NCBI GenBank assembly: GCA_018223415.1
Contig: JAGTTQ010000001.1
Coordinates: forward strand, 2,557,498-2,621,497
Reading direction: 5' to 3'
Length of the DNA: 64,000 nt
From: Eubacteriaceae bacterium Marseille-Q4139
Lineage (GTDB): Bacteria; Bacillota; Clostridia; Lachnospirales; Lachnospiraceae
The notes under the pieces: generated by a model
What the model saw: only the letters and a program-made list of their open reading frames with translations
The model's database searches: none
Told to the model about the DNA's origin: nothing
Translations under genes and position numbers: made by a program
Part shown: one piece after another, positions 18,347 through 28,623 of the stretch
Layout: each line of letters starts with the position of its first letter
How positions within the stretch are numbered: the stretch's first letter is position 1

Positions 18347-19300
18347 ATGCTTAGATACATATTGAAGAGGTTCCTTCTGGTGATCCCGGTGCTTTTAGGT
18401 GCTACGCTGTTAGTCTATACGATCATGGAGTTTACGCCGGGCGATCCGGCCAGGCTGATTCTCGGCGACGAGGCGTCGGATGAGGAGGTCATGGAGCTCC
18501 GTGAGGAGATGGGGTTAAACGATCCGTTTGCCGTCCGGTACGTCCGCTTTGTTGCGGACATGCTGCACGGGGATCTGGGGATCTCCTACCGGAACAATCT
18601 GGAGGTGTCGGAGCAGATTCTCCAGAGGCTTAAAAATACCATGATCCTGGCGGGAGCCGCGGTTTTCATTGCCGTTGTCATCGGCATCCCGGTGGGAATC
18701 ATCTCGGCAATCAAGCAATATACGATCTTCGACAATCTGGTTATGATGGTAACGCTGTTCCTTGCGGCATCGCCTGTTTTCTGGATGGGCCTGATGCTGG
18801 TGATCATCTTTGCGCTGAATCTGGGGATTTTCCCGGCGGCCGGCATGAAAAGCGGATTCCCGGATCTTTTAATCAGCCTGGTGCTGCCTGCTTTTACGTT
18901 GTCCAGCAACACCATGGCGACGATTGCGAGGACGACGCGCTCCTCCATGCTGGAGGTTGTACGCCAGGACTACATTGATACGGCCAGATCGAAGGGCTTA
19001 AAGGAATCGACCATTACCGTCCGGCACATGCTGAAAAACGCGCTGATTCCCATCGTTACGATGATCGGCTTGAGCTTCGGCGGCCTGCTCGGCGGATCCG
19101 TGGTTACGGAGTCCATTTTTGCATGGCCTGGCGTCGGGCGGTTCGTGGTGGAGTCCATCAACTTTAAGGACACGCCGTCCGTCCTGGCCTCCGTGGTGAT
19201 GCTGTCGGTCTTCTCCACCTTCGTCAACCTGTTCGTGGATCTTCTGTATGCGTTTGTGGATCCGCGGATCAAATCCCAGTATCAGGTAAAGAGGAGGTGA
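18347..19300 (+). CDS. peptide ABC transporter permease (OppB/DppB type)
   Basis: six-TM BPD_transp_1 permease with N-terminal MLRYILKRFLLVIP and EAA-like loop. Confidence 0.9.
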   Translation: MLRYILKRFLLVIPVLLGATLLVYTIMEFTPGDPARLILGDEASDEEVMELREEMGLNDPFAVRYVRFVADMLHGDLGISYRNNLEVSEQILQRLKNTMILAGAAVFIAVVIGIPVGIISAIKQYTIFDNLVMMVTLFLAASPVFWMGLMLVIIFALNLGIFPAAGMKSGFPDLLISLVLPAFTLSSNTMATIARTTRSSMLEVVRQDYIDTARSKGLKESTITVRHMLKNALIPIVTMIGLSFGGLLGGSVVTESIFAWPGVGRFVVESINFKDTPSVLASVVMLSVFSTFVNLFVDLLYAFVDPRIKSQYQVKRR

Positions 19301-19304
19301 GAGG

Positions 19305-20231
19305 ATGTTCCAGGTGATAAGGACAAGAAAGGCGGAAATTGACACGGCAGGCGCTGTGAGCCGGGACAGAACCCTGTTCCAGCAGGCATGGATCCAGTTT
19401 AAGTACAACCGGAGGGCCATGCTGGGCCTTGCCATCATCGGTCTTCTTCTCGCCATTGTGTTTGCAACCATGGTGATTGACCTGGTTACGGACAGCTCAG
19501 TTTACAACAATTACGTCGTGAAGCAGAATCTCTATCTGAAGCTTCAGGGGCCGAGCCTAGCACACCCGCTTGGCTGTGATGAATTCGGACGGGATATGCT
19601 GTTCCGCCTTTTATGGGGGACAAAGTATTCCCTTCTCTTGGGCTTCTGCGCCGTAACGCTTTCCCTCTTAATCGGAGGCCCCCTTGGGATGATTGCAGGC
19701 TTTTACGGCGGAAAAACAGACAATATCATCATGCGTATCATGGATGTTTTCATGGCATGCCCGTTCATTCTTCTGGCCATGGCGATTGTGGCGGCCCTCG
19801 GAGCCAGCACGGTCAATCTTCTGATTGCCCTTGGCGTTTCCGGCATGGCTTCCTTTTCCAGAATAACAAGGGCGGCTGTGATGTCCGTGAAGGACAAGGA
19901 ATTTGTGGAGGCGGCGCGGGCCGTCGGGGCCAATGACTTTGTGATTCTCATAAAGTACATTCTTCCCAACTCCATGGCGCCGATCCTGGTTCAGCTTACC
20001 TTAAGAATCGGTTCCTCCATTCTCAACGTGGCCGGCCTTTCCTACATCGGTCTTGGCGTCCAGCCGCCGCTTCCCGAGTGGGGCGCGATTCTGACGGCGG
20101 CCAAGGTCTATATGCGTGATGCATGGCATATTTCGGTTTTCCCTGGCCTCTGCCTGGTCATCACAGTCGTTGCATTCAACCTGTTTGGGGACGGGCTTCG
20201 TGACGCCCTGGATCCGAAACTGAAGCGATAG
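19305..20231 (+). CDS. peptide ABC transporter permease (OppC/DppC type)
   Basis: OppC-type topology and conserved C-terminal FNLFGDGLRDALDP. Confidence 0.9.
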   Translation: MFQVIRTRKAEIDTAGAVSRDRTLFQQAWIQFKYNRRAMLGLAIIGLLLAIVFATMVIDLVTDSSVYNNYVVKQNLYLKLQGPSLAHPLGCDEFGRDMLFRLLWGTKYSLLLGFCAVTLSLLIGGPLGMIAGFYGGKTDNIIMRIMDVFMACPFILLAMAIVAALGASTVNLLIALGVSGMASFSRITRAAVMSVKDKEFVEAARAVGANDFVILIKYILPNSMAPILVQLTLRIGSSILNVAGLSYIGLGVQPPLPEWGAILTAAKVYMRDAWHISVFPGLCLVITVVAFNLFGDGLRDALDPKLKR

Positions 20232-20246
20232 CGGGAGGAAAGGCAG

Positions 20247-21233
20247 ATGGGGAAATTACTTGAAATCAAAGACCTGAGAGTCCAGTATGAAACCGGCGAC
20301 GGCATTGTACAGGCGTTAAACGGCATCGACATCAGCCTGGAAGAGGGGATGACCCTGGGTCTTGTGGGTGAGACGGGAGCCGGGAAAACGACGCTTGCAA
20401 AAAGCATCATGCGGATCATCCCGCAGCCGCCCGGCCGGATCCTGTCGGGAGAAATCCTGTACGACGGAAACGATATCCTGAAAATGGATAAAAACGAGAT
20501 CCGGAAAATCCGCGGAGAGCACATCTCCATGATTTTCCAGGATCCGATGACTTCTTTAAATCCTGTCATGACGGTGGGCGAGCAGATCGCCGAGACGATT
20601 AAGACCCATGAAAAAATATCGTCTGCGGAAGCGACGAAGCGGGCATGCGAGATGCTGGAGCTGGTGGGCATCAAGGCAGACCGCGCCGGCGATTACCCGC
20701 ACCAGTTTTCCGGCGGGATGAAGCAGCGGGTGGTGATTGCGATTGCGCTGGCCTGCAACCCGAAGATCCTGATCGCCGATGAACCGACTACGGCACTGGA
20801 TGTGACAATCCAGGCGCAGGTTTTGGAAATGATGCAGAATTTAAAGCGGCAGTTCCATACGGCAACGATCTTAATCACACACGATCTTGGCGTTGTGGCG
20901 CAGACCTGCGAGAAGGCGGCGATCATCTACGCCGGCGAGGTGGTGGAGTACGGAACGGTCCATGAAGTGTTTAAGGATATGAGCCATCCGTACACCATCG
21001 GGCTTATGAATTCCATCCCGAAAATTCACGTGGATGAAAGGCGGCTGCACCCAATCGAAGGGCTGATGCCGGATCCCATGGCGCTGCCGCCGGGCTGCTG
21101 CTTCTGTGACAGGTGCCAGTTCGCCCTGAAGCGGTGCCGGACGGAAAAACCGCCGATGGAGCCGCTCGGGGGAGAGCATGCGGCAAGGTGCTTCCGGGCG
21201 AAGGAAAATCTGAGGGGAGGTAGCGCAACATGA
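20247..21233 (+). CDS. peptide ABC transporter ATP-binding protein (OppD/DppD type)
   Basis: Walker [10 protein letters not shown], signature FSGGMKQR, Walker [13 protein letters not shown]-terminal Cys-rich oligopeptide_C domain. Confidence 0.92.
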   Translation: MGKLLEIKDLRVQYETGDGIVQALNGIDISLEEGMTLGLVGETGAGKTTLAKSIMRIIPQPPGRILSGEILYDGNDILKMDKNEIRKIRGEHISMIFQDPMTSLNPVMTVGEQIAETIKTHEKISSAEATKRACEMLELVGIKADRAGDYPHQFSGGMKQRVVIAIALACNPKILIADEPTTALDVTIQAQVLEMMQNLKRQFHTATILITHDLGVVAQTCEKAAIIYAGEVVEYGTVHEVFKDMSHPYTIGLMNSIPKIHVDERRLHPIEGLMPDPMALPPGCCFCDRCQFALKRCRTEKPPMEPLGGEHAARCFRAKENLRGGSAT

Positions 21234-22210
21234 GCGAAGCGAAAGAACTGCTTCGGGTGGAACACCTGAAAAAATACTTTTCCACTCCCCGCGGAATGCT
21301 TCTGGCCGTGGACGACATTTCGTTTTCCTTAAAGGCTGGAGAAACCCTGGGCGTCGTCGGGGAATCCGGCTGCGGGAAGTCCACTCTGGGCCGCGCAATC
21401 CTGCGGCTTCATGAGCCGACGGACGGGAAAGTGATTTTTAACGGGGAGAATATCCTGGAATACGACAAGAAAAAGATGAAGCAGACGAGATCGGATATGC
21501 AGATCATTTTCCAGGATCCGTATTCATCCCTGAATCCCAGGATGACCGTGAGCCAGTCCATTGCGGCTCCGCTCATCATCCAGGGGATTTATCAGGCAAA
21601 GGAAAAGGATAAGATCCAGAAGCGGGTCGACGAGATGATGGAACTGGTGGGGCTTGCCAAGCGGTTTGCCAATTCCTATCCGCATGAGCTGGACGGCGGC
21701 CGGCGCCAGAGGATCGGCATTGCGAGGGCGCTGTCCCTGAACCCGAAATTCATCGTCTGCGATGAACCGGTATCGGCCCTTGATGTCTCGATTCAGGCAC
21801 AGGTACTGAACCTGATGCAGGATCTTCAGGAAAAGCTGGGGCTTACCTACCTGTTTATCACGCATAATTTAAGCGTTGTCAAGCATCTGTCCAACCGGAT
21901 CATGGTCATGTACCTGGGGCAGATGGTGGAGCTGGCAGAGCCGAAGGCCCTGTTTGCAAATCCGATGCATCCATATACGAAGGCCCTGCTTTCGGCGATC
22001 CCGACGCCGGACCCGGATCAGAAAATGGACTGCGTCGTGCTAAAAGGGGAGCTGACATCCCCGATCAATGTGCCGGAAGGCTGCCGGTTTGCGAAACGCT
22101 GTATTTATGCGAGGCCGGATTGTGAGACGAAAAAAGTAGAAATGCGTGAGGCGGAGCCCGGCCATTTTGTGGCCTGCCATCTCTGCGGAGAGCTGGGAAA
22201 GCGCGGATAA
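21230..22210 (+). CDS. peptide ABC transporter ATP-binding protein (OppF/DppF type)
   Basis: Walker [10 protein letters not shown], signature LDGGRRQR, Walker [13 protein letters not shown]. Confidence 0.92.
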   Translation: MSEAKELLRVEHLKKYFSTPRGMLLAVDDISFSLKAGETLGVVGESGCGKSTLGRAILRLHEPTDGKVIFNGENILEYDKKKMKQTRSDMQIIFQDPYSSLNPRMTVSQSIAAPLIIQGIYQAKEKDKIQKRVDEMMELVGLAKRFANSYPHELDGGRRQRIGIARALSLNPKFIVCDEPVSALDVSIQAQVLNLMQDLQEKLGLTYLFITHNLSVVKHLSNRIMVMYLGQMVELAEPKALFANPMHPYTKALLSAIPTPDPDQKMDCVVLKGELTSPINVPEGCRFAKRCIYARPDCETKKVEMREAEPGHFVACHLCGELGKRG

Positions 22211-22325
22211 AATCGTTTTCCATGCACTTCCGTTTGAGGCATCAGGGAAACGGCGATGGAATCAGCGTTTCCTCAGGCGGCACGTCTTTTGCACAATAGA
22301 ACCATGATAAAGGAGGAAAAACGGT

Positions 22326-23897
22326 ATGAAGAAAATGACGGCACTGATTTTAGCGGCAGCCATGGTATTCTCCCTGGCAGGATGTTCCCAGGAGAAATCC
22401 GATGCCGGCGGCACAGCCGATACGGCAGGGGCGCAGGCAGAGGCCTCCGGGGAGCGGAAGATTAAAGACGAAATCGTCTTTGCCCAGAGCTCTGACTTAA
22501 CGACCATGAACCCGTGTATCGGAACGCAGGAGAGAGCCTATTCCCTGACGAACCATATGTACGATACGCTTCTTTCGTATGACAGTGAGATGAATCTGGA
22601 AAACAGTCTGGCAGAGAGCTATGAATGGGTGGATGACCTGACCTTACAGCTAAACATCAGGGAGGGCGTCACGTTCCATAACGGCGATCCTTTGACCGCC
22701 GAGGACGTAATCTTCACTTTTAAGCAGAGGGCCGAGAGCGGCAACGCCTACAAAGAATATGTGGACGTGGACAACCTGGAGGCAAAGGACGACCACACGG
22801 TGATTATGCATTTCATGACGCCGCATCCGTCCTTTATCTACCAGCTTACGGACCCGGCCTGGGGCATCATGCCGAAGAATTATTTCGAGGAGGTCGGAGA
22901 AGAGGGCTTTGCGAAGGCGCCCATCGGAAGCGGCCCCTACAAGTTAAAGGAATATGTGACCGGCGATTACTATACGCTGGAACGGTTTGAGGATTACTGG
23001 GGCGGCCCGGCAAAGACGCAGTATCTGACGATGAAGATTGTTCCGGAGGCAGGCCAGAGGACGATCATGCTTGAGACAGGCGAGATCGACGTGGCTTATG
23101 AGGTTCCCTATGTGGATGCCGCCAAGATCATTGACAACGATGACCTCCAGTTCTTGTCGACGCCGTCCATGAAGATCGTTATGTTCTATCTGAACACCCA
23201 GTCGGCGACGCCGTTAAGCGACAAGCGCGTGCGCCAGGCCATTGAGTATGCCATTGACAAGGAAGCCATTGTGCAGGCAGTCTGCTACGGATACGGAACC
23301 GTTGCCTACGCGATTGTGCCGGAGAGCGTAACCGAGTATAAAGCAGTAAAGGAACCGCACGTCTACGATCTGGAAAAGGCCAAGGCCCTGATGGCGGAGG
23401 CCGGCTGTGCGGACGGCTTCTCCATGGAAATCTGGACAAGCTCGACGCAGACCAATACGGAGATCTGCCAGGTTATCCAGGAACAGCTTGCAGCCATCAA
23501 TATTGATGCGGAGATTCTTGTCCAGGATGCCAACACCATCGACGCGAGAATCGACGCAGGCGACGAGTACGGCATGTCCCTGCACTTCTATTCCTGCAAC
23601 AGCGGCCATGCAGAGTACACCTTATCCAACATCCTTCCGACCGGAATGACGAGGAACGATTCCAGATTCAGCAGTGCGGAATACGACGAGGCATACTACA
23701 AGTGGCTGGTGACGGTCGATGAGGCGGAACGCGATGAGCTTCTGACGACCATGTATGAGATCCAGAACGACGAGACTCCGGTGATCCCGCTTTACAACGA
23801 GGTGAAGATTTTAGGCGCCACGAAGAACCTGGAAGGGCTTGAGCTGAGCATGATCGGCGCGCATCAGTTCGAGAATGCCGTCGTTTATGTGGACTAA
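22326..23897 (+). CDS. ABC transporter substrate-binding lipoprotein, family 5 (peptide/nickel)
   Basis: lipobox LAGCSQ; SBP_bac_5-type sequence. Confidence 0.88.
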   Translation: MKKMTALILAAAMVFSLAGCSQEKSDAGGTADTAGAQAEASGERKIKDEIVFAQSSDLTTMNPCIGTQERAYSLTNHMYDTLLSYDSEMNLENSLAESYEWVDDLTLQLNIREGVTFHNGDPLTAEDVIFTFKQRAESGNAYKEYVDVDNLEAKDDHTVIMHFMTPHPSFIYQLTDPAWGIMPKNYFEEVGEEGFAKAPIGSGPYKLKEYVTGDYYTLERFEDYWGGPAKTQYLTMKIVPEAGQRTIMLETGEIDVAYEVPYVDAAKIIDNDDLQFLSTPSMKIVMFYLNTQSATPLSDKRVRQAIEYAIDKEAIVQAVCYGYGTVAYAIVPESVTEYKAVKEPHVYDLEKAKALMAEAGCADGFSMEIWTSSTQTNTEICQVIQEQLAAINIDAEILVQDANTIDARIDAGDEYGMSLHFYSCNSGHAEYTLSNILPTGMTRNDSRFSSAEYDEAYYKWLVTVDEAERDELLTTMYEIQNDETPVIPLYNEVKILGATKNLEGLELSMIGAHQFENAVVYVD

Positions 23898-23917
23898 AAA
23901 CAGAACATACAGACGAT

Positions 23918-23975
23918 AAATACCAAAAGGGGCATCTGGCCCGCACGAAAAGGGTGCGGGCCGGTGCCCCTTTGA
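23918..23975 (+). terminator. intrinsic terminator after the peptide ABC operon
   Basis: AAAGGGGCAUC..GGCCCGCAC-gaaaa-GGGUGCGGGCC..GGUGCCCCUUUG nested hairpin. Confidence 0.5.
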
Positions 23976-24084
23976 AGACGTTTTAAAAGGGAAGTCCGGC
24001 GTATGTCTGCGCCTGTGCCCTCCATGACAGAACTTCCCACCACAAATTTATAAAAATGTAAGGCAAATTTTGAGGATATATGGT

Positions 24085-24218
24085 AAAATGGACGCAAAGC
24101 GTTCATTTTACCGGCGCATACCGGATTCTGCGTTCACCGCAGAAGACCGGGCACTGAAATCCGCCGGAGGCTGTCCGGCCGCGAAGGGCGGGACAAAATG
24201 GACGCAAAGCGTTCATTT
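24085..24218 (+). repeat. two perfect 35-bp direct repeats (24085-24119 and 24184-24218) flanking copy 2 of the conserved RNA motif (24114-24171)
   Basis: AAAATGGACGCAAAGCGTTCATTTTACCGGCGCAT occurs twice, 99 bp apart; motif core GCGCAUACCGG-[AUUCUGCG UUCAC CGCAGAAG]-ACCGGGCAC..AAAUCCGCCGGAGGC between them. Confidence 0.6.
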
Positions 24219-24321
24219 TACCGGCGCATGCCGGAAAAGAGCCGGTGAGCCATTGATAACGATGCGGCGTTAAAGCCGCATAAAACGGATAACAAAGGAT
24301 TGGAACATAGGAGGGCGTTTC

Positions 24322-25026
24322 ATGGAACAGATTAACATTCTTGTGGTGGACGACGAAAAGGAAATTGCAGATCTGGTGGAAATTTATCTTGTCAGCGACG
24401 GATATAAAGTATTTAAGGCCAACAACGCCCAGGACGGGCTGGAGCTTTTGGAAAAAGAGGAGATCCATCTCGTGCTCCTCGATATCATGATGCCGGGAAT
24501 GGACGGCCTGGAGATGTGCCGGAAAATCCGCGAAACCAACAACATCCCGATCATCATGCTAAGCGCAAAATCCACGGATCTCGACAAAATCCTGGGCCTG
24601 GGAACGGGCGCGGACGACTACGTGGTAAAGCCGTTTAATCCGCTGGAGCTGACGGCCAGGGTCAAGTCACAGCTCAGACGCTACACACAGCTAAACCCCA
24701 ACAGCAACACGGGGCAGAATGTGAAGAACGAGATCGCAATCCGCGGCCTTACCATCAACAAGGACAATCACAGGGTAGTCGTTTACGGCGAAGAAATCAA
24801 GCTGACGCCGATTGAATTCGATATCCTGTACCTGCTCGCCTCCAATCCCGGACGTGTGTTCAGCACGGATGAGATCTTTGAAAAGGTGTGGAATGAAAAG
24901 GTCTACGAGGCCAACAATACCGTTATGGTACATATCCGCCGCCTCCGCGGAAAAATGAAGGAGGACACCCGCCAGAATAAGATCATCACAACGGTTTGGG
25001 GGGTAGGCTATAAAATTGAAAAATGA
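24322..25026 (+). CDS. OmpR-family two-component response regulator
   Basis: receiver domain (LVVDDE...D...LLDIMMPGMDG) plus winged-helix trans_reg_C. Confidence 0.92.
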   Translation: MEQINILVVDDEKEIADLVEIYLVSDGYKVFKANNAQDGLELLEKEEIHLVLLDIMMPGMDGLEMCRKIRETNNIPIIMLSAKSTDLDKILGLGTGADDYVVKPFNPLELTARVKSQLRRYTQLNPNSNTGQNVKNEIAIRGLTINKDNHRVVVYGEEIKLTPIEFDILYLLASNPGRVFSTDEIFEKVWNEKVYEANNTVMVHIRRLRGKMKEDTRQNKIITTVWGVGYKIEK

Positions 25027-26155
25027 TATGAGCAGAAGCTTCTATGCCCGGCTGATTTTAAATATTCTGTACAGTACGGTTATCGCATGCCTGGTGGAAG
25101 TCTTTCTGATAACCAATGTCAGCATGCTCGTGGACTATCTGGAAAAGACCGAGTATGCAGGCCTGTTTCTGGTACGCATTTTCCGCGTGCAGACTATCGC
25201 ATCAATTTTTTACGTGCTGGTGGGAATCGGAGTCTTTTCCGTGTCCTTTCTCCTGCTCCAGCGAAAGACGGTGCGGTACATCGGAAAGATTTCGGCGGCA
25301 ATCCGGAATATTTCCGAGGGCGATTTGAATACCCATGTGGAAATCCTTGGAGACGATGAATTTTCGGCCATGGCCGCCAACCTGAATAAGATGGAAGCCG
25401 ACATCCAGAATCTGATGGAGAAGGAGCGGGAAGCAGAACGGACAAAAAATGAGCTGATTACCAATGTGGCCCATGATCTCAGGACGCCTCTGACCTCGAT
25501 CATCGGCTATCTGGAGCTGCTGTCCAAAAGCGGCGACAGGCTTTCGCCGGAAATGCAGAAGAAATACATTGATATTGCCTATACGAAATCAAAACGCCTG
25601 GAGAAGCTCATTGAGGATCTGTTCGGTTTTACGAAGCTGAATTATGGTAAAATTTCCATGAATGTGGGGAAATTGGATATAGTAAAGCTGTTAAGCCAGC
25701 TCCTTGAAGAGTTTTACCCGAGCTTTGCAGACAAAGATCTGACCTATGAGCTGAAAAGCAATGTGCCGGCGCAGGTGATCACTGCCGACGGGAACCTTCT
25801 GGCCCGTCTGTTTGACAACCTGATTAACAATGCAATCAAATACGGGGCGGAGGGGAAAAAGATTCTCGTGAAAATCCATTCCGACGGGGAGATCGTGACG
25901 GTTTCCGTGACGAATTACGGCTATGTGATCCCGGCGGAAGAGCTGCCTCTTATTTTCAATAAATTTTACAGGGTGGAACAGTCCCGCTCCATCTATACAG
26001 GCGGAACCGGGCTTGGGCTTGCCATTGCGAAAAACATTGTGGACATGCACGGAGGCACGATTTCCGTGGCCAGCGATTTAAACGGGACGGTTTTTACGGT
26101 GAAACTGAAGGTAAATTTTGACATTCGGAGAGAAAATTTCGGGACAATAGGATGA
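25016..26155 (+). CDS. sensor histidine kinase (two TM segments, HAMP, HisKA, HATPase_c)
   Basis: H-box NVAHDLRTPLTSIIGY; N-box LINNAIKYG; G-boxes GGTGLGLAIAK. Confidence 0.9.
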   Translation: MKNDMSRSFYARLILNILYSTVIACLVEVFLITNVSMLVDYLEKTEYAGLFLVRIFRVQTIASIFYVLVGIGVFSVSFLLLQRKTVRYIGKISAAIRNISEGDLNTHVEILGDDEFSAMAANLNKMEADIQNLMEKEREAERTKNELITNVAHDLRTPLTSIIGYLELLSKSGDRLSPEMQKKYIDIAYTKSKRLEKLIEDLFGFTKLNYGKISMNVGKLDIVKLLSQLLEEFYPSFADKDLTYELKSNVPAQVITADGNLLARLFDNLINNAIKYGAEGKKILVKIHSDGEIVTVSVTNYGYVIPAEELPLIFNKFYRVEQSRSIYTGGTGLGLAIAKNIVDMHGGTISVASDLNGTVFTVKLKVNFDIRRENFGTIG

Positions 26156-28623
26156 GTAAAGGGAAGAAGATAACGATAAAAAAACGAATCATGTGTCTCC
26201 TCCTGGCTGTTTTGTGGATACTGGCTTTTGGAATCGTGAGCTATGGGGATACAGGAGCGGCAGATGACATTTATATGGAAGTGACGCCGGTTTACGGAAA
26301 TGTCGGGCGGATCGGGAGTCATGTGCCGGTTACGGTGGAGCTGTACTGCCAGTCGCCGGCGCCTTTTGAGGGAACCATAAGCTTCTGCACGCTGGAATCC
26401 ACGGAACAGCAGCAGGAATCGGAGGTTTTTGAATACAGGTATCCCGTATCCGCAGCACCGGGAGAGACGGTGATGCTTCCGTTTTATGTGCTTCTGGGTC
26501 AGAAGAGCGGCGAAATCCTTGTGCGCTTGGAAGACAAAAGCGGGGATATGCTGCGGGAGGAGATGCTGGAGTTTCAGATTCCCAAGGACACCGGAAATCT
26601 TTACATTGGCGCGCTGGACGATCAGGTGGAAGAAATCGGATATCTGAACCGGGTGAGTCTGAATTACGGGATGCTGCGGTCGGAACTGATTCCCCTCGAC
26701 GCGTCCACACTCCCGTCGGATGTGCGCGGTCTGGATCTGCTGGATGTGCTCATCATCAATAATTTTGACACGTCCTCCCTGTCAGAAAAGCAGCAGAAGG
26801 CCGTCTGGCAGTGGATGGAATCAGGCGGAATCCTGATCTTTGGAACGGGGGAGCGGGTGTCTGATACCCTCGGCCCGTTTACGGAAAAGCTGGTGGAAGT
26901 GCCCTATGAGGCGCCGAAGCCTGCCGTCTTAAACATGGGTGCCCAGTATGGTGAAAATTCGCAGGAGGATGCTGTGATCCGCGCCGTCTGTGCAGAGCTT
27001 TCTATCCCGGGCGGGGATGAGGTCATGGCGAGCGATGAGCTTCCGATTCTCACGACCGTGAAAAAGGGAAGCGGGAAGGCTGGGATTTTTTCGCTGGATC
27101 TCGGGGATCTTTCGGATTTTGCGGGAAGAAATCCAAATTATGCGGAAAATTTCTTTGTCACGGTTGTGGGAGAGAGCGAGCTCCAGAACCTGTATTTTTA
27201 CGGCGCCTATGGGTATGATATGGCATACTGGAATGCCCAGAGTCTTGTCAATACGGGGAGTCCTGACCGGCTTCCCAATATGGCGCTTTACGGGATCGTG
27301 ATTTTTGTCTATATTCTCGCGGCAGGGCCTGGACTCTACCTGTTTCTGCGGAAAAAGGGGCTGCGGAGATATTACGGGGTGTCACTGGTTGTGTTTTCGT
27401 TCCTGGCGTCTGCGTCGGTGTACCTGATCGGAGAAAAAACCAGGTTCCGCTCGGAATTTTTCACGTATGCGGCGATCCGGGATGTGTCGGAAGAGGAGAT
27501 CTATGAGACGGCTTACCTCAATGCCAGAACGCCGGACAGCCGCCCTTATACGGTCAGGCTGAAGCCGGAATATTCGGTGACGCCCGTCACAAGGTTGGCG
27601 AGATACGACGACGAGCCGCTTGGGACCATGCAGGGGAAAGAGACGGGAAACCTGACAATGGAATACGAGCCTGAGGAAACGAAAATTACCGTGCGGAAAT
27701 CCCAGGCATTTTCTCCGAAATTTTTCAAGCTGAAAAAGCGCTCGGAAAACGAAACGGGACAGGGCATCGGAGCAGAGCTTCTCTACTTTGACGGCAGGAT
27801 TTCCGGAACCGTAACAAACCATTTTTCGTTCCCGTTAAAAAATGCGGCGCTGATCCTCTACGGCCAGGCAGTCATGATCGGGGAGCTGGGGCCGGGAGAG
27901 ACAAAGGTGCTGGACGGCAGCGAGGTGCTCACGTATCCGGCTGACATGACCTACATTCTGGCAGACAAGCTGAGCGGGGGCGATGTCTATTTTGATGTGG
28001 ACATCAGCAACGAGGAATATCTGATGGCACAGGAGAGAACAAGCCTGTATTCTTTCTATCTCTCCAATTATTACGGTGGTTTTACTCCAGAGGCGCGGAT
28101 CGCGGCTTTTGGGCCGGACGAAGATGCCTTTGGGGCATTCCTGGCTGACGAAGACTCTGCTGATGGCATGACGCTCTATACGTGCACGGTGGATCTTGTC
28201 ACAGAACAGGACGGTCTTGTCTACCGCAGCGGCCTTATGAAAACGCCGAAGGTGACGACGGGAAGCGGGAACTATTATTCCAGCTATTCGACCATGTACG
28301 GAAGCGAGCAGGTGATTTTGGAATATTATCTGGGAAGCGATATCCGGGTGGAGAAGCTATCTTTTCTTCCGGTGTCCGAAGTGTTCCTGGAAAATCTGAA
28401 ATATTACTATTTGGAACAGTTTAAAGGGGAGGCTTATTTTTACAATTACAGCACGAAAAATTATGACCAGGTGGATCTGGAGCAGGTGGATTTCTCCTAT
28501 GAGGAATTGAAAGAATACCTTTCTCCGAGCAACAGCCTGACAGTAAAATACATCAACGGCGAGAGTGAGAACGGCGCCAACGCATCGCTTCCGCTTCTGA
28601 TGGTGACAGGGAGGGAACGCTGA
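26152..28623 (+). CDS. large membrane-anchored protein (823 aa), possible GldG-like ABC-exporter accessory component
   Basis: N-terminal TM, central TM pair (~res 380-425); region LDLLDVLIINNFDTSSL...WQWMESGGILIFGTG resembles the class-I glutamine-amidotransferase-like fold of ABC_transp_aux proteins; start overlaps the kinase stop and its stop overlaps the ABC ATPase start. Confidence 0.55.
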   Translation: MSKGKKITIKKRIMCLLLAVLWILAFGIVSYGDTGAADDIYMEVTPVYGNVGRIGSHVPVTVELYCQSPAPFEGTISFCTLESTEQQQESEVFEYRYPVSAAPGETVMLPFYVLLGQKSGEILVRLEDKSGDMLREEMLEFQIPKDTGNLYIGALDDQVEEIGYLNRVSLNYGMLRSELIPLDASTLPSDVRGLDLLDVLIINNFDTSSLSEKQQKAVWQWMESGGILIFGTGERVSDTLGPFTEKLVEVPYEAPKPAVLNMGAQYGENSQEDAVIRAVCAELSIPGGDEVMASDELPILTTVKKGSGKAGIFSLDLGDLSDFAGRNPNYAENFFVTVVGESELQNLYFYGAYGYDMAYWNAQSLVNTGSPDRLPNMALYGIVIFVYILAAGPGLYLFLRKKGLRRYYGVSLVVFSFLASASVYLIGEKTRFRSEFFTYAAIRDVSEEEIYETAYLNARTPDSRPYTVRLKPEYSVTPVTRLARYDDEPLGTMQGKETGNLTMEYEPEETKITVRKSQAFSPKFFKLKKRSENETGQGIGAELLYFDGRISGTVTNHFSFPLKNAALILYGQAVMIGELGPGETKVLDGSEVLTYPADMTYILADKLSGGDVYFDVDISNEEYLMAQERTSLYSFYLSNYYGGFTPEARIAAFGPDEDAFGAFLADEDSADGMTLYTCTVDLVTEQDGLVYRSGLMKTPKVTTGSGNYYSSYSTMYGSEQVILEYYLGSDIRVEKLSFLPVSEVFLENLKYYYLEQFKGEAYFYNYSTKNYDQVDLEQVDFSYEELKEYLSPSNSLTVKYINGESENGANASLPLLMVTGRER

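Noticed and set aside
24085-24218. Possible CRISPR array (two identical 35-bp direct repeats)
   Set aside because: Only two repeats and no cas genes. The single intervening segment is the conserved structured-RNA motif, not a spacer.
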